Shown here: positions 45,040-45,147 of the stretch, piece after piece
Layout of the letters: each line of letters begins with the position of its first letter
Position numbering within the stretch: position 1 is the first letter of the stretch
Assembly: GCA_038124905.1 (NCBI GenBank)
Contig: JAYPCW010000001.1
Location: forward strand, 1,824 to 46,970
DNA: 45,147 nucleotides
Reading direction: 5' to 3'
DNA from: Candidatus Nanopelagicales bacterium
GTDB taxonomy: Bacteria > Actinomycetota > Actinomycetes > S36-B12 > UBA5976
The notes under the pieces: model-generated
The model's input: only the letters and a program-made list of their open reading frames with translations
Databases searched by the model: none
What the model was told of the DNA's origin: nothing
Position numbers and translations under genes: made by a program

Positions 45040-45147
45040 TTATTTACTTGCAGCCGGTTGCTTTTTTCCGGCCATTGACATTAATGCTGGAATTGGAAGC
45101 TTTCTTCCTTTGAGAAGCAAGTTCCAATAGATCCATCTGAATGCGAG
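45040..45147 (-). CDS. C-terminal end of a sulfide:quinone-oxidoreductase-like flavoprotein (partial; the 5' end is outside the window)
   Basis: Hand translation gives ...LAFRWIYWNLLLKGRKLPIPALMSMAGKKQPAASK*. The (L/I)YWNxxLxG segment resembles the C-terminal membrane-anchoring region of SQR-type enzymes (recalled). The context with TusE/DsrE supports this. Confidence 0.4.
   Translation of the reverse strand, partial: LAFRWIYWNLLLKGRKLPIPALMSMAGKKQPAASK

Overview
This is a gene-dense chromosomal window with about 47 protein genes. I found no rRNA, tRNA, CRISPR array, transposase or integrase. Gene content and order look actinobacterial: nrdR-nrdJ, gpgS, long-form leuA, and ilvB-ilvN-ilvC-(small gene)-serA-...-leuB-ilvE. 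The DNA leans AT and is tightly packed, with many 1-4 nt start/stop overlaps and several convergent 3' overlaps. That suggests a streamlined low-GC actinobacterium; this is inference only.

Layout:
- 1-8168: a carbohydrate cluster. One strand carries a translationally coupled operon of sugar-binding lipoprotein, HutC-type GntR, archaeal-type cupin phosphoglucose isomerase homologue, FGGY kinase, 2-hydroxyacid dehydrogenase, shikimate-dehydrogenase-like protein and phosphotriesterase-like lactonase. The other strand carries ketose 3-epimerase and a Zn-alcohol dehydrogenase.
- 8119-17683: a Xanthomonas-type non-phosphorylative L-fucose/L-fuconate pathway. It includes an aldo-keto reductase, lactonase, fucD, a short-chain dehydrogenase, an FAH-family hydrolase and an FMN lactate dehydrogenase. 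It also contains an unexpected aldehyde:ferredoxin-oxidoreductase-family gene and a FadR-type GntR with palindromic operator candidates.
- 17665-22622: housekeeping and envelope genes.
- 22743-26248: nrdJ and nrdR, with tandem NrdR boxes and DnaA-box-like repeats upstream.
- 26539-33431: gpgS, transporters and assorted enzymes.
- 33537-43965: the branched-chain amino acid and serine biosynthesis block. It has Val- and Leu-rich leader peptides, an ilvN interrupted by an in-frame TAA, and an unlisted DUF2256 zinc-ribbon gene.
- 44175-45147: a small sulfur-trafficking cluster (SQR-like C-terminus, TusE/DsrC-like, DsrE-like).

All family assignments come from reading the translations and recalling motifs. 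No database search was run.
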